A DNA stretch of 64,000 nucleotides from an uncultured Candidatus Peregrinibacteria bacterium (GTDB lineage Bacteria; Patescibacteriota; Gracilibacteria; Peribacterales; Peribacteraceae): NCBI GenBank assembly GCA_903825315.1, contig CAIKAD010000003.1:11053-75052 (forward strand), in the 5' to 3' direction. A model generated the notes under the pieces. That model made no database searches. It was not told where the DNA came from and saw only the letters and a program-made list of their open reading frames with translations. This document shows, piece after piece, positions 8,316 to 17,773 of the stretch (the stretch's first letter is position 1; each line of letters begins with the position of its first letter). Position numbers and translations under genes: made by a program.

Positions 8316-8860
8316 TGCACCGGAATGCCCGGCTTCCCTCTGTTCTCCTCACACCTCCTCCCGCTACGCTACAAACGGTGCCCCACGTCTTCCTCAGTCT
8401 CGGCTCCAACATCGACGCGGAACGGAACCTCCGAACCGCAGCCGTGCTCTTGCGCAAAGAATGGTTAGAAGTCCACTTCTCCTCCGTCTACCGGACGGCC
8501 GCAAGGGAAGTATCCGACCAGCCGGACTTCCTCAATGCCATTGCGCATATTCAAACAACGCAGAATCCTCAGGAAGTGGTACCAATCCTTCAATCCATCG
8601 AAAAACAACTCGGCAAAGCGCCCCCCTTCCGCTTCGGCCCCCGCACCATCGACCTCGATCTTCTCCTCTATGACAATCTTGTCCTCAATGACGAAATAAT
8701 AATCCCTCACCCCCGCATGCAAAGCAGACGATTCGTGCTGGAACCATTGTGTGAACTGATTGACCCCCACGCCAGGCATCCAACCCTCAAACAGACGTGG
8801 GAGAACCTGCTGGCTGAAACACTTGAGCAGGAGTGTAATCTGACGCCGATTCTTCTCTGA
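8315..8860 (+). CDS. folK: 2-amino-4-hydroxy-6-hydroxymethyldihydropteridine diphosphokinase
   Basis: HPPK motifs VFLSLGSNI, FGPRTIDLDLLLY, IPHPRM and RRFVLEPL. A GTG at 8378 is an alternative start. Confidence 0.85.
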   Translation: MHRNARLPSVLLTPPPATLQTVPHVFLSLGSNIDAERNLRTAAVLLRKEWLEVHFSSVYRTAAREVSDQPDFLNAIAHIQTTQNPQEVVPILQSIEKQLGKAPPFRFGPRTIDLDLLLYDNLVLNDEIIIPHPRMQSRRFVLEPLCELIDPHARHPTLKQTWENLLAETLEQECNLTPILL

Positions 8861-8892
8861 ATCCGATACAATCATCCTTTTCCCCCTGTCCT

Positions 8893-9510
8893 ATGAAACG
8901 ACGCTTGGTGCTCCTGCATTTCCTGCTCACGTTGGCATTCCCTCTCGCATCGTTCGCAGACGGGATGACTGTCTCCCTCGTCCCTGCCCCGTCCCGCACG
9001 GAACATATCTTGGGACGCCGGAATGCGCCGGTGACGGTAATCGTCTACAGTGATTTTGAGTGTCCGGCGTGCAAATTCCACCATGCTACTTTACGTAGAG
9101 TAATCCGGAAATACCGTACTAAAGTGAACGTGGTGTACCGAAACTTTCCCCTCCCTATGCATTCCTTTGCCCGGGATGCTGCTGTGGCGGGAGAATGCAT
9201 TGCCAAAGAAAAGGGGAACGCCGCTTACTGGCAATACATCTATCTGATCTACGAAAACGGTACGGCGAAATATGCTCAAATGGCAGATGCTATGGCTTTG
9301 TCTCCACAGGATCTGGAAGCATGCAGGAATGCGGGAGAGGCGGATACCATTGTGGATAGACAACTCGCAGAGGGAAAGGCTGCCGATATATGGGGAACTC
9401 CAACGAACTTCATCTACAGCCGGAAAACAGGCTCCATGGTCAAACTGGGAGTAGCGGCCCCAGATATGGAAAAACTCACCAGCCTCATTGATAAGCTGCT
9501 TGTGGAATAA
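8893..9510 (+). CDS. secreted DsbA-family thiol:disulfide oxidoreductase
   Basis: Signal peptide MKRRLVLLHFLLTLAFPLASFA. Thioredoxin active site FECPACKF. Confidence 0.7.
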   Translation: MKRRLVLLHFLLTLAFPLASFADGMTVSLVPAPSRTEHILGRRNAPVTVIVYSDFECPACKFHHATLRRVIRKYRTKVNVVYRNFPLPMHSFARDAAVAGECIAKEKGNAAYWQYIYLIYENGTAKYAQMADAMALSPQDLEACRNAGEADTIVDRQLAEGKAADIWGTPTNFIYSRKTGSMVKLGVAAPDMEKLTSLIDKLLVE

Positions 9511-9514
9511 GCGA

Positions 9515-10027
9515 TCACTCTTTGAGCCATTTTTGTCCCTTGTCACAACGTTTCGTCTTTTTGCCGCACCCGCAAGGACAGGGATCGTTGCGGCCAAGGT
9601 TAGGATATTTTTTGGGAATGATTCGATGGGCTTTCCCTGCTGCCGCATGCATTGTCGCCTGTTTCGCTTTAAAGCGCTGCATAGCGGCGAGGAGTGCCGT
9701 GGTGTCCGACGCTTTCAGACCTTCTAGCTCCTCCAGTAACGCATCAGCTTCGGGAGTGTCCGCTTGTGCCAATTGCTGAGGAGAAATCATGCCTTGGAGT
9801 GCTTGGTTCACGACATCAAGAATCTCCGGCGGCTCCTCTTTCCCATCCTTGTTCTTCCCCAGCTTGATTGCCTGGGTGATGACTCCCAACTTCCCCATGA
9901 CCGCCCGGTAGAACCTCACACCAAAGTATTGCCGTATAAGATTGAACAATCCCGAATCCTGAACATCTGTTTCCAGCGTCTGCCGGAGCTCCGCGGGTGA
10001 GAGATCCCGACGATCAAGGGGGTGCAT
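9515..10027 (-). CDS. hypothetical protein with C-terminal SEC-C metal-binding motif
   Basis: C-terminus RNDPCPCGCGKKTKRC. The ATG at 10027 (MHPLDRR...) is preferred over the upstream TTG. Confidence 0.5.
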   Translation of the reverse strand: MHPLDRRDLSPAELRQTLETDVQDSGLFNLIRQYFGVRFYRAVMGKLGVITQAIKLGKNKDGKEEPPEILDVVNQALQGMISPQQLAQADTPEADALLEELEGLKASDTTALLAAMQRFKAKQATMHAAAGKAHRIIPKKYPNLGRNDPCPCGCGKKTKRCDKGQKWLKE

Positions 10028-10139
10028 GGATATACATTCCTGATTTTCGCACAAATGTTTTCCTTCGAGAAGTGCCAAATTATTCAGAGAATAGCGAATT
10101 CATTGATATTCAGAGTAAAAAATACTACGCTCCCTCCCC

Positions 10140-10679
10140 ATGCAGGATCTCTTCCACACCCTCCTCAGCAAGATCGGCGAGGACCCCCGGCGGCCCGGCC
10201 TCAAGGGCACGCCGCGCCGCATGGAGGAATCCTTCAAGTTCCTCACGACGGGATATAGCCAGGACCTCAGGAAAATCGTCAACGGAGCGCTCTTCCCCGT
10301 GGACACGGAAGGAATGGTGATCGTGAAGGACATCGAATGCTACTCGCTCTGTGAGCACCACCTGCTCCCGTTCTACGGCAAAGCGCATATCGGCTATATT
10401 CCGGACAAGAAAGTGATTGGCCTTAGTAAGATCCCACGCATCGTGGACATGTTCGCACGGCGATTACAGGTACAGGAACGTATGGGCCAGCAGATTTGCG
10501 ACGCGCTGGAAGCAGTCCTCAAGCCAAAGGGAATAGGCATTGTCCTGGAGATGAACCATCTCTGCATGATGATGCGTGGCGTGGAGAAACAGCATAGTGT
10601 GGCAGTAACAAGCCACGTGAAGGGAAGTTTTAAGCGGGACGCACGCACCCGCGAGGAATTTCTGAGATTGATCAAGTAG
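10140..10679 (+). CDS. folE: GTP cyclohydrolase I
   Basis: [31 protein letters not shown] and [12 protein letters not shown] are canonical FolE motifs. Confidence 0.9.
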   Translation: MQDLFHTLLSKIGEDPRRPGLKGTPRRMEESFKFLTTGYSQDLRKIVNGALFPVDTEGMVIVKDIECYSLCEHHLLPFYGKAHIGYIPDKKVIGLSKIPRIVDMFARRLQVQERMGQQICDALEAVLKPKGIGIVLEMNHLCMMMRGVEKQHSVAVTSHVKGSFKRDARTREEFLRLIK

Positions 10680-10774
10680 CAGAACATACCATCCAAGCGG
10701 GTCTCATCCTGCCTGCCCGGCGTAGCCTTGGCGAAGACGGGAGCTTGTCGAAGGATGACGCTGATCGGGAGGAG

Positions 10775-11494
10775 TTAAGCAGCCAGCGCCAATGCATCCG
10801 GATTCTTCGTAAGCATCTTCTTTTGGAATGCATGGAGATTACCACTCGTCATTAGCTCTTCGACGTCCTGCCACGATGTCTTGCGCATAAGGTCCAACAT
10901 GAGGTCGTGCCCCTGTCGATAGACTTTGTCCGGCTGCCCCGTGCGATGGAAATCCAGGCTCTTACCCATCTTTCTGTTTGCATAGGCCTCCGCCCAGCCT
11001 TCCTGCATAAGTTCCTGAATATCTCCATGCACTTTCTCACGAAGCTGCGGTAACACGAGGGTTCCCCTGAGCTCCCTGGCTTCTCCGTGGCCGTTCTCAT
11101 GGGCCACCACTATGCCCATCTCCTCCGCGCTCTTCTCATCCCTCACGGCCGCCACCATATTGCGATTGAGCGTCATGTTGTCCGTCCCTCCACTGAGGGT
11201 GTTTGTGCCGCCTACATTCGGGGCATGATTCTCCAGCCTCGCATGGCCCGCATCCTTCAAGGCCCGGCGGAATAAGACTTTCCGGTCCTCTAATTGACGC
11301 ATTAGCTCGGGGGAGAGCGTCTGCGCTCTGTCCGACCCCATGATGTCGCGGACGCGCTGCTCGTACTCGCGCTGAAAATCTTGCGCAGTGGATGCTTTCT
11401 CAGCCGCGCCCTGTGCGACTGCGTCTACCAGTTCCGTCTCGCGTGCCGATGCTGTAGTGGTTTCAGGTGTCATAGTGCACGCACTATCAGCCAA
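10775..11494 (-). CDS. hypothetical cytoplasmic protein with an HExxH motif
   Basis: 239-aa ORF with motif VVAHENGHGE. No signal peptide and no recognised family. Confidence 0.4.
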   Translation of the reverse strand: MADSACTMTPETTTASARETELVDAVAQGAAEKASTAQDFQREYEQRVRDIMGSDRAQTLSPELMRQLEDRKVLFRRALKDAGHARLENHAPNVGGTNTLSGGTDNMTLNRNMVAAVRDEKSAEEMGIVVAHENGHGEARELRGTLVLPQLREKVHGDIQELMQEGWAEAYANRKMGKSLDFHRTGQPDKVYRQGHDLMLDLMRKTSWQDVEELMTSGNLHAFQKKMLTKNPDALALAA

Positions 11495-11556
11495 TGCACG
11501 GATCGTCTCAAACGCGAGAGTATCCGAAGATAGGATATACCTATTTATTGGCTTCC

Positions 11557-11588
11557 ATAAAATAAAAACACGACGGTCTCAAAGTCGT
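11557..11588 (-). terminator. candidate intrinsic terminator after folA
   Basis: On the minus strand: ACGAC-9 nt-GUCGU, followed by GUUUUUAUUUUAU. Confidence 0.45.
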
Positions 11589-11598
11589 CTTCCGGCGG

Positions 11599-12096
11599 TT
11601 ATCTCTTCCGTTCGTAGAGGAGGAAGGTATACGCGTAGAGATGCTTGGGATCGGACTCATGCTCGTCCCGCTCCACTTCTGCCCATTCATGGGGATCGAG
11701 AACCGGGAAGAACGCATCGCCCTCGATGTCCGCATGGACGCGGGTAAGGTAGACGCGGTCGGCTAAGGGAAGCGCCTGCTTGTACGTGAGCGCCCCGCCG
11801 ATGACAAACGCTTCCTTGGCGCCGGTTTGCGCGTCCGCGTAGCCGATGGCGTCGGCAAGGGTCCCGACCACGGTGCAGCCGGGAATTTTGACGTGCGGCT
11901 GCTCACTGATGACAATGTTCTCGCGGTTGGGAAGGGGACGACCAATGGACTGGTACGTCATCCATCCCATAATAACCGGCTTGCCCTCCGTGATTTTGCG
12001 AAAATGCTGGAGATCATTGGGAAGATCCCACGGGAGCGCATTCTTGATACCGATAGCATTGTTTTCCGCTGCGGCTGCTATTAGGGAGAGTCTCAT
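11599..12096 (-). CDS. folA: dihydrofolate reductase
   Basis: [32 protein letters not shown]...[19 protein letters not shown]. 4-nt ATGA overlap with thyA. Confidence 0.9.
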   Translation of the reverse strand: MRLSLIAAAAENNAIGIKNALPWDLPNDLQHFRKITEGKPVIMGWMTYQSIGRPLPNRENIVISEQPHVKIPGCTVVGTLADAIGYADAQTGAKEAFVIGGALTYKQALPLADRVYLTRVHADIEGDAFFPVLDPHEWAEVERDEHESDPKHLYAYTFLLYERKR

Positions 12097-13013
12097 ACGG
12101 CAATGGGGGCTTTGATGGGAGGATACGGGTCATATCCCTCAATCACAATATCCTCAAATGTGAACGCGTTGATGTCTTTGACGGCAGGATTCAGCTTTAA
12201 TGTAGGCAAAGGCCGCGGCTCCCGTGACCATTGCTCCTTCGCCTGATCCAGATGATTGAGATAGAGATGCGCATCGCCAAACGTATGGATAAAGTCGCCC
12301 ACCTCCAAGCCCGCCACCTGAGCGATCATGTGCGTGAGGAGCGAATAGGAAGCAATATTGAAGGGTACGCCGAGGAACACATCCGCGCTCCGCTGATAGA
12401 GCTGGCAGCTTAGCTTTCCGTCGAGCACATAGAATTGGTACAACGTATGGCAAAGCGGGGGAGCGGACTTCTTGTGCGAGGCGACGTCCGCCGCATTCCA
12501 GGCAGACACGAGGATGCGGCGGGAGTTGGGGTTTTTCTTGATCTGTTCGATAGCCATCCCCAACTGATCATAGGTCTTTCCGTCCGGCCCTTCCCATCTC
12601 CTCCACTGCTTGCCGTAGACGGGACCCAGATCTCCCCACTTCTTCGCAAATTCCGGATCATCCTTGATCTTCTGGATGTACGTTTTTTTCTCTTCCTTCC
12701 ACGCCTCCGAGTAGGTCGGAAACTTTTCGCTCAGCCCGTTCGCCTTAAGATAATCATCAAACGGCCACTCGTCCCAGATATGGACATCGTTATCCGCCAG
12801 ATACTTGATGTTCGTATCTCCTTTGAGGAACCACAGAAGCTCATGGAAAATCGCTTTGGTAGCCATCTTCTTCGTGGTGAGCAACGGGAACCCTTCTTGT
12901 AAAGGAATCCGCATCTGGTAGCCAAAAATGCTGATGGTTCCCACGCCGGTCCGGTCCTCCTTCTTCACGCCGTTCTCCTGAATGTGCCGGACGAGATCGA
13001 GGTACTGTTTCAT
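12093..13013 (-). CDS. thyA: thymidylate synthase (ThyA, long form)
   Basis: [35 protein letters not shown] and PPCH..YQFYV motifs. Confidence 0.95.
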   Translation of the reverse strand: MKQYLDLVRHIQENGVKKEDRTGVGTISIFGYQMRIPLQEGFPLLTTKKMATKAIFHELLWFLKGDTNIKYLADNDVHIWDEWPFDDYLKANGLSEKFPTYSEAWKEEKKTYIQKIKDDPEFAKKWGDLGPVYGKQWRRWEGPDGKTYDQLGMAIEQIKKNPNSRRILVSAWNAADVASHKKSAPPLCHTLYQFYVLDGKLSCQLYQRSADVFLGVPFNIASYSLLTHMIAQVAGLEVGDFIHTFGDAHLYLNHLDQAKEQWSREPRPLPTLKLNPAVKDINAFTFEDIVIEGYDPYPPIKAPIAV

Positions 13014-13065
13014 GGGAAGGCAAGAGTAGCATCAGAGCTTGGTGGGAGCCATAGGGAAGCCATGG

Positions 13066-13176
13066 GAGGATGCAGAAGATACAAGAGATGCAGAAGAATC
13101 AGAGGAGCAAATATTCAACACTTTCTCTGGCACATTCTCTTCTGCATCCTCTGCATCCTCTGCTTCTTCTGCTTCC
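13066..13176. repeat. low-complexity inverted-repeat element (GCAGAAG/GATGCAG units)
   Basis: ggaggatgcagaagatacaagagatgcagaagaatcagaggag on the left, ctcttctgcatcctctgcatcctctgcttcttctgcttcc on the right. Confidence 0.75.
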
Positions 13177-13179
13177 TTC

Positions 13180-14643
13180 TCACTTACACTTCTCCGGCCT
13201 CCTTGCCAGAGCCGCCTTCATTGCCGCATAGGTATTCCCGTAATTATTATTTGCATTCCAGAACGTGAACCCGCAGAGACCATTGTCGTACACACCGTCG
13301 ATCTCGTCGCCGATGCCTTTGGCATCCAGGTTGTACGCCTGAAGCCAGGGACGCAGCTTCTGTGCCTGGTCGGGACCAAGGCGGTCCACATAGCCCTTGA
13401 GCGTGCGCCACACAAGGAAGTAAGGACGGGTGCGCGGACTCTTGCCGGGAATGTAGTACGAGTTCTGTGCAAACGTATCGGGATACGCCATGGGTGCAAT
13501 GATGTCCACATAAGGCGCCAGCTTCACAAAATCCTGCCCCAAGGGCTCCACATTGACATCAAAGTCCCAGCCGAGAATGGCATACGTACTAATGCCGATG
13601 CGTGCGACGGGATTAATGGTGTCACGGGTGTCCCGCGCCATCTGCAAAAATGTCACGAGACGGTCGGCTTTCTCTTGCCCGGTAAGACCGGTGTCCTGCG
13701 GGCGCACGGCTGTGGAGAAGCGAATGTAATCGAACAGGACCTCATCAATGCCACCCCGTAGTAGGCTCTCCAGAATCTCCCGATTGTACGTGAGCGTCGC
13801 CTCCTTTCCCGGATCCGCCCAGGCAAGACCCAAATCCGCCCCGGTCTTTACGTTCTTGATCCGCGCTCCCGGCACGGCATCCACGAAGAGCTTATCCTTG
13901 AGCGCAATAAACCTCCCAATAGTGTAGAGATTGCGTTCCTTTGCTGCGGCAATGACAATCGGAAGATCGTAGGAAGGAATGGCCGTGCCGATCTCGTTGG
14001 CCATGGGTGCTTCCGTCGCAAAGTAGACGTACGTCCCTTTCACATCGAAGACCACTGCGCTGCCGCCCGACGCCTTGATGCTGTCCAGCGTGTCGAGGAA
14101 AAACTTCTCCCGTTTGACACTGCCCGGAGAGAGATACACGCCGGTGACGTTGTCCGCACGGGGAATGGGGCCGGCACTGACCGTCGGGTGAGGAAGCATT
14201 TTCCCCAGCTGCAGGGCACCCTTCCCCTTGCCCGCCCGCACCGCACGACGGACAGCCTCAGGATCGAGCAGGGCACCGGAAGCAGAAAGCACACCGCCGG
14301 ACGAGGGAACGGCAAAGCGGAACCGTGAATGGGAAGCGGGGAGAGGGAAGAGGGCACGGGGAGGACTCTTCTGTGTACGCGAGATCACTGACGAAGAACT
14401 GAATTGCAGGAGAGACGCAGGAGCGTTCTTAAAGCGGAAAAAAGCCTCTGCCGTTGTCCCCCGCGAAAAGGCGAGAATGAAAGCAAACGCGCCGAACATC
14501 AGGAATGCGATGACAAAAAGACCACGGGAAACCGCGGAGCCTTGGCGAAGCTCTGAGCGAAGACGGACGCCCCCCTGCCGTGACGCCCGGGAAATCTTCA
14601 CGGGTGTGCGGGTGCGACGGGATGAGGAACGCTTCATGGCCAT
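13180..14643 (-). CDS. membrane-anchored putative glycoside-hydrolase-like protein (GHL/DUF4015-type, from memory)
   Basis: 487-aa ORF. Basic N-terminus plus one TM helix. TIM-barrel-like segment FDVKG..YF, GRFIALKD, DEVLFDYIRF. Confidence 0.55.
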   Translation of the reverse strand: MAMKRSSSRRTRTPVKISRASRQGGVRLRSELRQGSAVSRGLFVIAFLMFGAFAFILAFSRGTTAEAFFRFKNAPASLLQFSSSSVISRTQKSPPRALFPLPASHSRFRFAVPSSGGVLSASGALLDPEAVRRAVRAGKGKGALQLGKMLPHPTVSAGPIPRADNVTGVYLSPGSVKREKFFLDTLDSIKASGGSAVVFDVKGTYVYFATEAPMANEIGTAIPSYDLPIVIAAAKERNLYTIGRFIALKDKLFVDAVPGARIKNVKTGADLGLAWADPGKEATLTYNREILESLLRGGIDEVLFDYIRFSTAVRPQDTGLTGQEKADRLVTFLQMARDTRDTINPVARIGISTYAILGWDFDVNVEPLGQDFVKLAPYVDIIAPMAYPDTFAQNSYYIPGKSPRTRPYFLVWRTLKGYVDRLGPDQAQKLRPWLQAYNLDAKGIGDEIDGVYDNGLCGFTFWNANNNYGNTYAAMKAALARRPEKCK

Positions 14644-14721
14644 GCGGGTGGGCTCACTGTAAAGGAATTCCTGAGGCTGTGAATCTCGGACAGAAATTTC
14701 CTGTTGCCATCCTTGATGTAT

Positions 14722-14800
14722 GGAGTACTGGAATATTCGAATACTAGATTACCTTGAAATTGTGTACTTCGTCCTCATATTCCAATACTCACATACTCCA
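14722..14800. repeat. low-complexity inverted-repeat element (GAATATTC units)
   Basis: ggagtactggaatattcgaatactag on the left, ctcatattccaatactcacatactcc on the right. Confidence 0.7.
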
Positions 14801-14808
14801 AAATGCAC

Positions 14809-15588
14809 TCACGACTTCCTGCGGCCCGCATACCTCCACGCCATCTCAAAGATCTGCCGTTGCGTCTCCGCCACCTCCGGACTTTCGATGATCACGGCAA
14901 AGACTTCATCCAGTGAGCCGAAGGAACTCGCATTCAAACCGCTGCCAAACGAGCAGATAGCTACTTTGTGATCGTAAATGTTGATCTCATTGGTAAAGTC
15001 GAAGTCTCTGGCAAGTACCAGACGGATCTCGCGCATCCGCCCCCGGTCCTCGCCGTGGACCTTGCGACCCGCCGCGTCGTCCGGCGCGATACCCCGAAGA
15101 TGGATGCCGCGCTTGACGCGCTGCGTCACGTACTCCTCATCGTACTTCGGCCAAAAGGTACGCACAGCGGCAGAGTTGGCAAAGTTGAGGAGCTCCGTTC
15201 CAGCTGTAAGCGTGTCTTCGTACACACGCCGCACGCCTTCCCAACCCTCAAAGAAACGGACCTGCGGCTTGCGATATGCCCCGCCGCGCAAGGACTTGAG
15301 TTCGGGAAGCGACCGCTCCAATTGCTCAACATTCTTGCGCGCATCCAGCGCGAGTAAATCGGGCGCCACGGGCGCGTAGTACTTGCCCCGTACTTTCTTT
15401 TCCACGGTAAATTGCCCCCGACGCACCAGATCCTCAAGCGTGTTGTACACCGTGATACGGTTGAGCCCCGTGCCTTTGGCATACTGGGAAGCAGGGGCGG
15501 ATCCTACTTCGAGACCATGGAGATAGAGCGGGGCTTCCTTGTCGTCGAAACCGACGGACCGGAGAATGGAGAGGAGATCTCTTGCCAT
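14809..15588 (-). CDS. TrmB-family transcriptional regulator
   Basis: The ATG at 15588 gives MARDLLSILRSVGFDDKEAPLYLHGLEVGSAPASQYAKGTGLNRITVYNTLEDLVRRG, a winged-HTH TrmB N-terminus. The upstream ORF-track extension looks non-coding. Confidence 0.65.
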   Translation of the reverse strand: MARDLLSILRSVGFDDKEAPLYLHGLEVGSAPASQYAKGTGLNRITVYNTLEDLVRRGQFTVEKKVRGKYYAPVAPDLLALDARKNVEQLERSLPELKSLRGGAYRKPQVRFFEGWEGVRRVYEDTLTAGTELLNFANSAAVRTFWPKYDEEYVTQRVKRGIHLRGIAPDDAAGRKVHGEDRGRMREIRLVLARDFDFTNEINIYDHKVAICSFGSGLNASSFGSLDEVFAVIIESPEVAETQRQIFEMAWRYAGRRKS

Positions 15589-15596
15589 GCTACCGG

Positions 15597-15626
15597 AGTG
15601 TACCAATCTGTTCTTATTTTTGACAA
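15597..15626 (-). promoter_or_regulatory. candidate promoter of the TrmB-family gene, short leader
   Basis: Minus strand: TTGTCA-18 nt-TACACT, then 8 nt to the ATG at 15588. Confidence 0.35.
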
Positions 15627-15729
15627 CACAAGATACTGAACACTTAGCCGACATTGTCCCAAATGCACTCCTGGCAATAAGCGACACCTGTACGGTGCTG
15701 GTGCCAAGCAACCGCTTCAAAAGTAACGA

Positions 15730-16386
15730 TTACTTCCCCGCCTTTCCGAGATCCTTCCTCCCCAACGCATTTGATGACGGACACTCTTTCCGAAAGGGAC
15801 ATACCTCGCACGTACGGTTCCTCGCTGTGCAGATGTCGCGCCCGAAGCTGATGAAGAGGGGATTGAGCTCGCCCCACTTTTCCCGCGGCACGGCTTTCAT
15901 GAGGTCCAGTTCCACCTTCTCCGGTGACGTCCCTTTGGAAAGTCCCAGCCGACGCGCCACGCGGAACACGTGCGTGTCCACGGCAATTCCTTCGCGCTTG
16001 CCGTACGCAACGAAGAGGATGATAGACGCCGTTTTTCGGCCGACACCCGGTAACTGCATCAGTTCCTCCATCGTGTCCGGAACGCGCCCATGGAACTTCC
16101 TGATGATCATCCGCGAAAGCTCCTGCAGATATCGCGCCTTGGTATTGAAGTAACTGCACGTCCGGATGTCTGCAGCAATCTGACGGAGCGGTGCACGGGC
16201 AAAGTCCTCAGGCATCCGGTACTTCTTGAATAATGACTGCGTGATGATATTCACCCGCACGTCCGTGCACTGTGCGCTCAGGACCGTCGCCACGAGAAGC
16301 TGGAACGGCGACTGATGCGTCAGAAAACTTTTGGGGGGCGTATAGCTCTTCTCGAGTACGGCAATGATTCTATGAATCGTAATCAT
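15730..16386 (-). CDS. nth: endonuclease III
   Basis: HhH-GPD motif LPGVGRKTA. Fe-S cluster C-x6-C-x2-C-x5-C (CTARNRTCEVCPFRKEC). The ATG at 16386 is preferred. Confidence 0.9.
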   Translation of the reverse strand: MITIHRIIAVLEKSYTPPKSFLTHQSPFQLLVATVLSAQCTDVRVNIITQSLFKKYRMPEDFARAPLRQIAADIRTCSYFNTKARYLQELSRMIIRKFHGRVPDTMEELMQLPGVGRKTASIILFVAYGKREGIAVDTHVFRVARRLGLSKGTSPEKVELDLMKAVPREKWGELNPLFISFGRDICTARNRTCEVCPFRKECPSSNALGRKDLGKAGK

Positions 16387-16389
16387 GAG

Positions 16390-16483
16390 AGGAGTAACAG
16401 AATAACAGAGTAAGAGAATAACAGGGATCCTCTCCGAACCCAGAAACCTGTTATTCTGCTCTTCCCTTATTCCATTATTCCCT
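16390..16483. repeat. low-complexity inverted-repeat element (AATAACAG units)
   Basis: gagtaacagaataacagagtaagagaataacaggg on the left, cctgttattctgctcttcccttattccattattcc on the right. Confidence 0.7.
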
Positions 16484-16540
16484 ACAATGTGAAGTAAACT
16501 CGCTCGATCCATCGAATTCCTCCGCTATTCTATCGCCCCC

Positions 16541-17119
16541 ATGCCACTCCCCCCTTTCACCGTCTTCGATGTGGAAACCACCGGCCTCGAGCCGCGGAAG
16601 GGGCACCGGATCATTGAGATTGCCGGAGTACGAGTGGAGAACGGTTCTATACTCTCTCAGGGCACTTTCTCCTCTTTCGTAAACCCCGAGCGGGAAATTC
16701 CGTGGGAAGCACGCCAGGTAAACAAAATCAGTGATGAGGACGTCAAGGACGCCCCGACAATCGACGTAGTACTCCCCCAATTTCTGGACTTCGCCAAAGG
16801 CTCCATCCTCTTCGCGCATAATGCCAGTTTTGACCTGGGCTTCCTGGAAGCGGAGAAAGAGTTCTGCTGGGGCTACGTGGAACTGCCGGAGGTGCTCTGC
16901 ACGATGCGCCTGAGCCAAGGACTCTTCCCCACAGAGTTCCGGCACAACCTGGACGTGCTCGCGAAAAAGTTCAACCTGCCCCTCGCCGAGAACCGCCATC
17001 GCGCCCTGGACGACACTCTTCTTGCTGCACAGGCGCTCCTTAAGATGCTGGAGGCAGGAAAGGTATCGTCGATGGAAAAGCTGAGGAAACTGGCTGCAGT
17101 GAGGCAGTTAGTAAGCTGA
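16541..17119 (+). CDS. DnaQ/epsilon-like 3'-5' exonuclease
   Basis: ExoI FDVETTGL, ExoII AHNASFDLGFL, ExoIII HRALDD. Confidence 0.8.
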   Translation: MPLPPFTVFDVETTGLEPRKGHRIIEIAGVRVENGSILSQGTFSSFVNPEREIPWEARQVNKISDEDVKDAPTIDVVLPQFLDFAKGSILFAHNASFDLGFLEAEKEFCWGYVELPEVLCTMRLSQGLFPTEFRHNLDVLAKKFNLPLAENRHRALDDTLLAAQALLKMLEAGKVSSMEKLRKLAAVRQLVS

Positions 17120-17168
17120 GAGAAGATGCCAACGATTCATCGGTCCCTGATTGAGAAAATGACTCATA

Positions 17169-17672
17169 ATGCGCTATAATCAGGATTCCATGGCCGTCCT
17201 CCCCATCGTCACCGGCGAGAATAACCCGATCCTCCGTACAAAGACGCGAAAAGCGGGGGGTATAACAGAAGAGGTAAAGACCCTCATCGCGGATATGCGG
17301 GACACATTGGCACAAGCAAAGGGCCTCGGTCTCGCGGCCCCGCAGGTGGGAAGCAACCTCCGCGTCTGCCTGGTCACGCTGGATGAAAAGACTTTCCCCC
17401 TCATCAATCCCGAGATCATCAAACGGAGCGCGCGGACAACAGTGGACGAAGAGGGCTGCCTTAGCCTGCCCAAACTCTGGCTTCCCGTTGCACGCGCCGT
17501 AGAAATCACTATCCAATACATGGACGAAAAGGGAAAGGTAAAGGAACGGACACTGGAAGGTTTTGATGCGCGCGTGGTGCAGCATGAACTTGATCACTTG
17601 GATGGGGTGCTGATTGTGGATTACCAAGTAAAGAATCTGTTGGTAGTACAAAATCGAGCGCAGAAGAATTGA
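17169..17672 (+). CDS. def: peptide deformylase
   Basis: GLGLAAPQVG, EGCLSLP and QHELDHLDG motifs. Confidence 0.9.
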   Translation: MRYNQDSMAVLPIVTGENNPILRTKTRKAGGITEEVKTLIADMRDTLAQAKGLGLAAPQVGSNLRVCLVTLDEKTFPLINPEIIKRSARTTVDEEGCLSLPKLWLPVARAVEITIQYMDEKGKVKERTLEGFDARVVQHELDHLDGVLIVDYQVKNLLVVQNRAQKN

Positions 17673-17773
17673 TGCGTCTGAGAAAGCCATGGATTGCAGC
17701 CAGTAGTTTGAAGTACATCCATGAGGAAGAGCTGGCAGTCGCGGTTCGTCTGACACCACCTGCCACCTACAAC

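Noticed and set aside
13066-13176. CRISPR array (this and the other short-unit arrays)
   Set aside because: The units are only 6-9 nt, degenerate and contiguous, with no unique spacers. The two halves are mutually complementary, and no cas genes are present.
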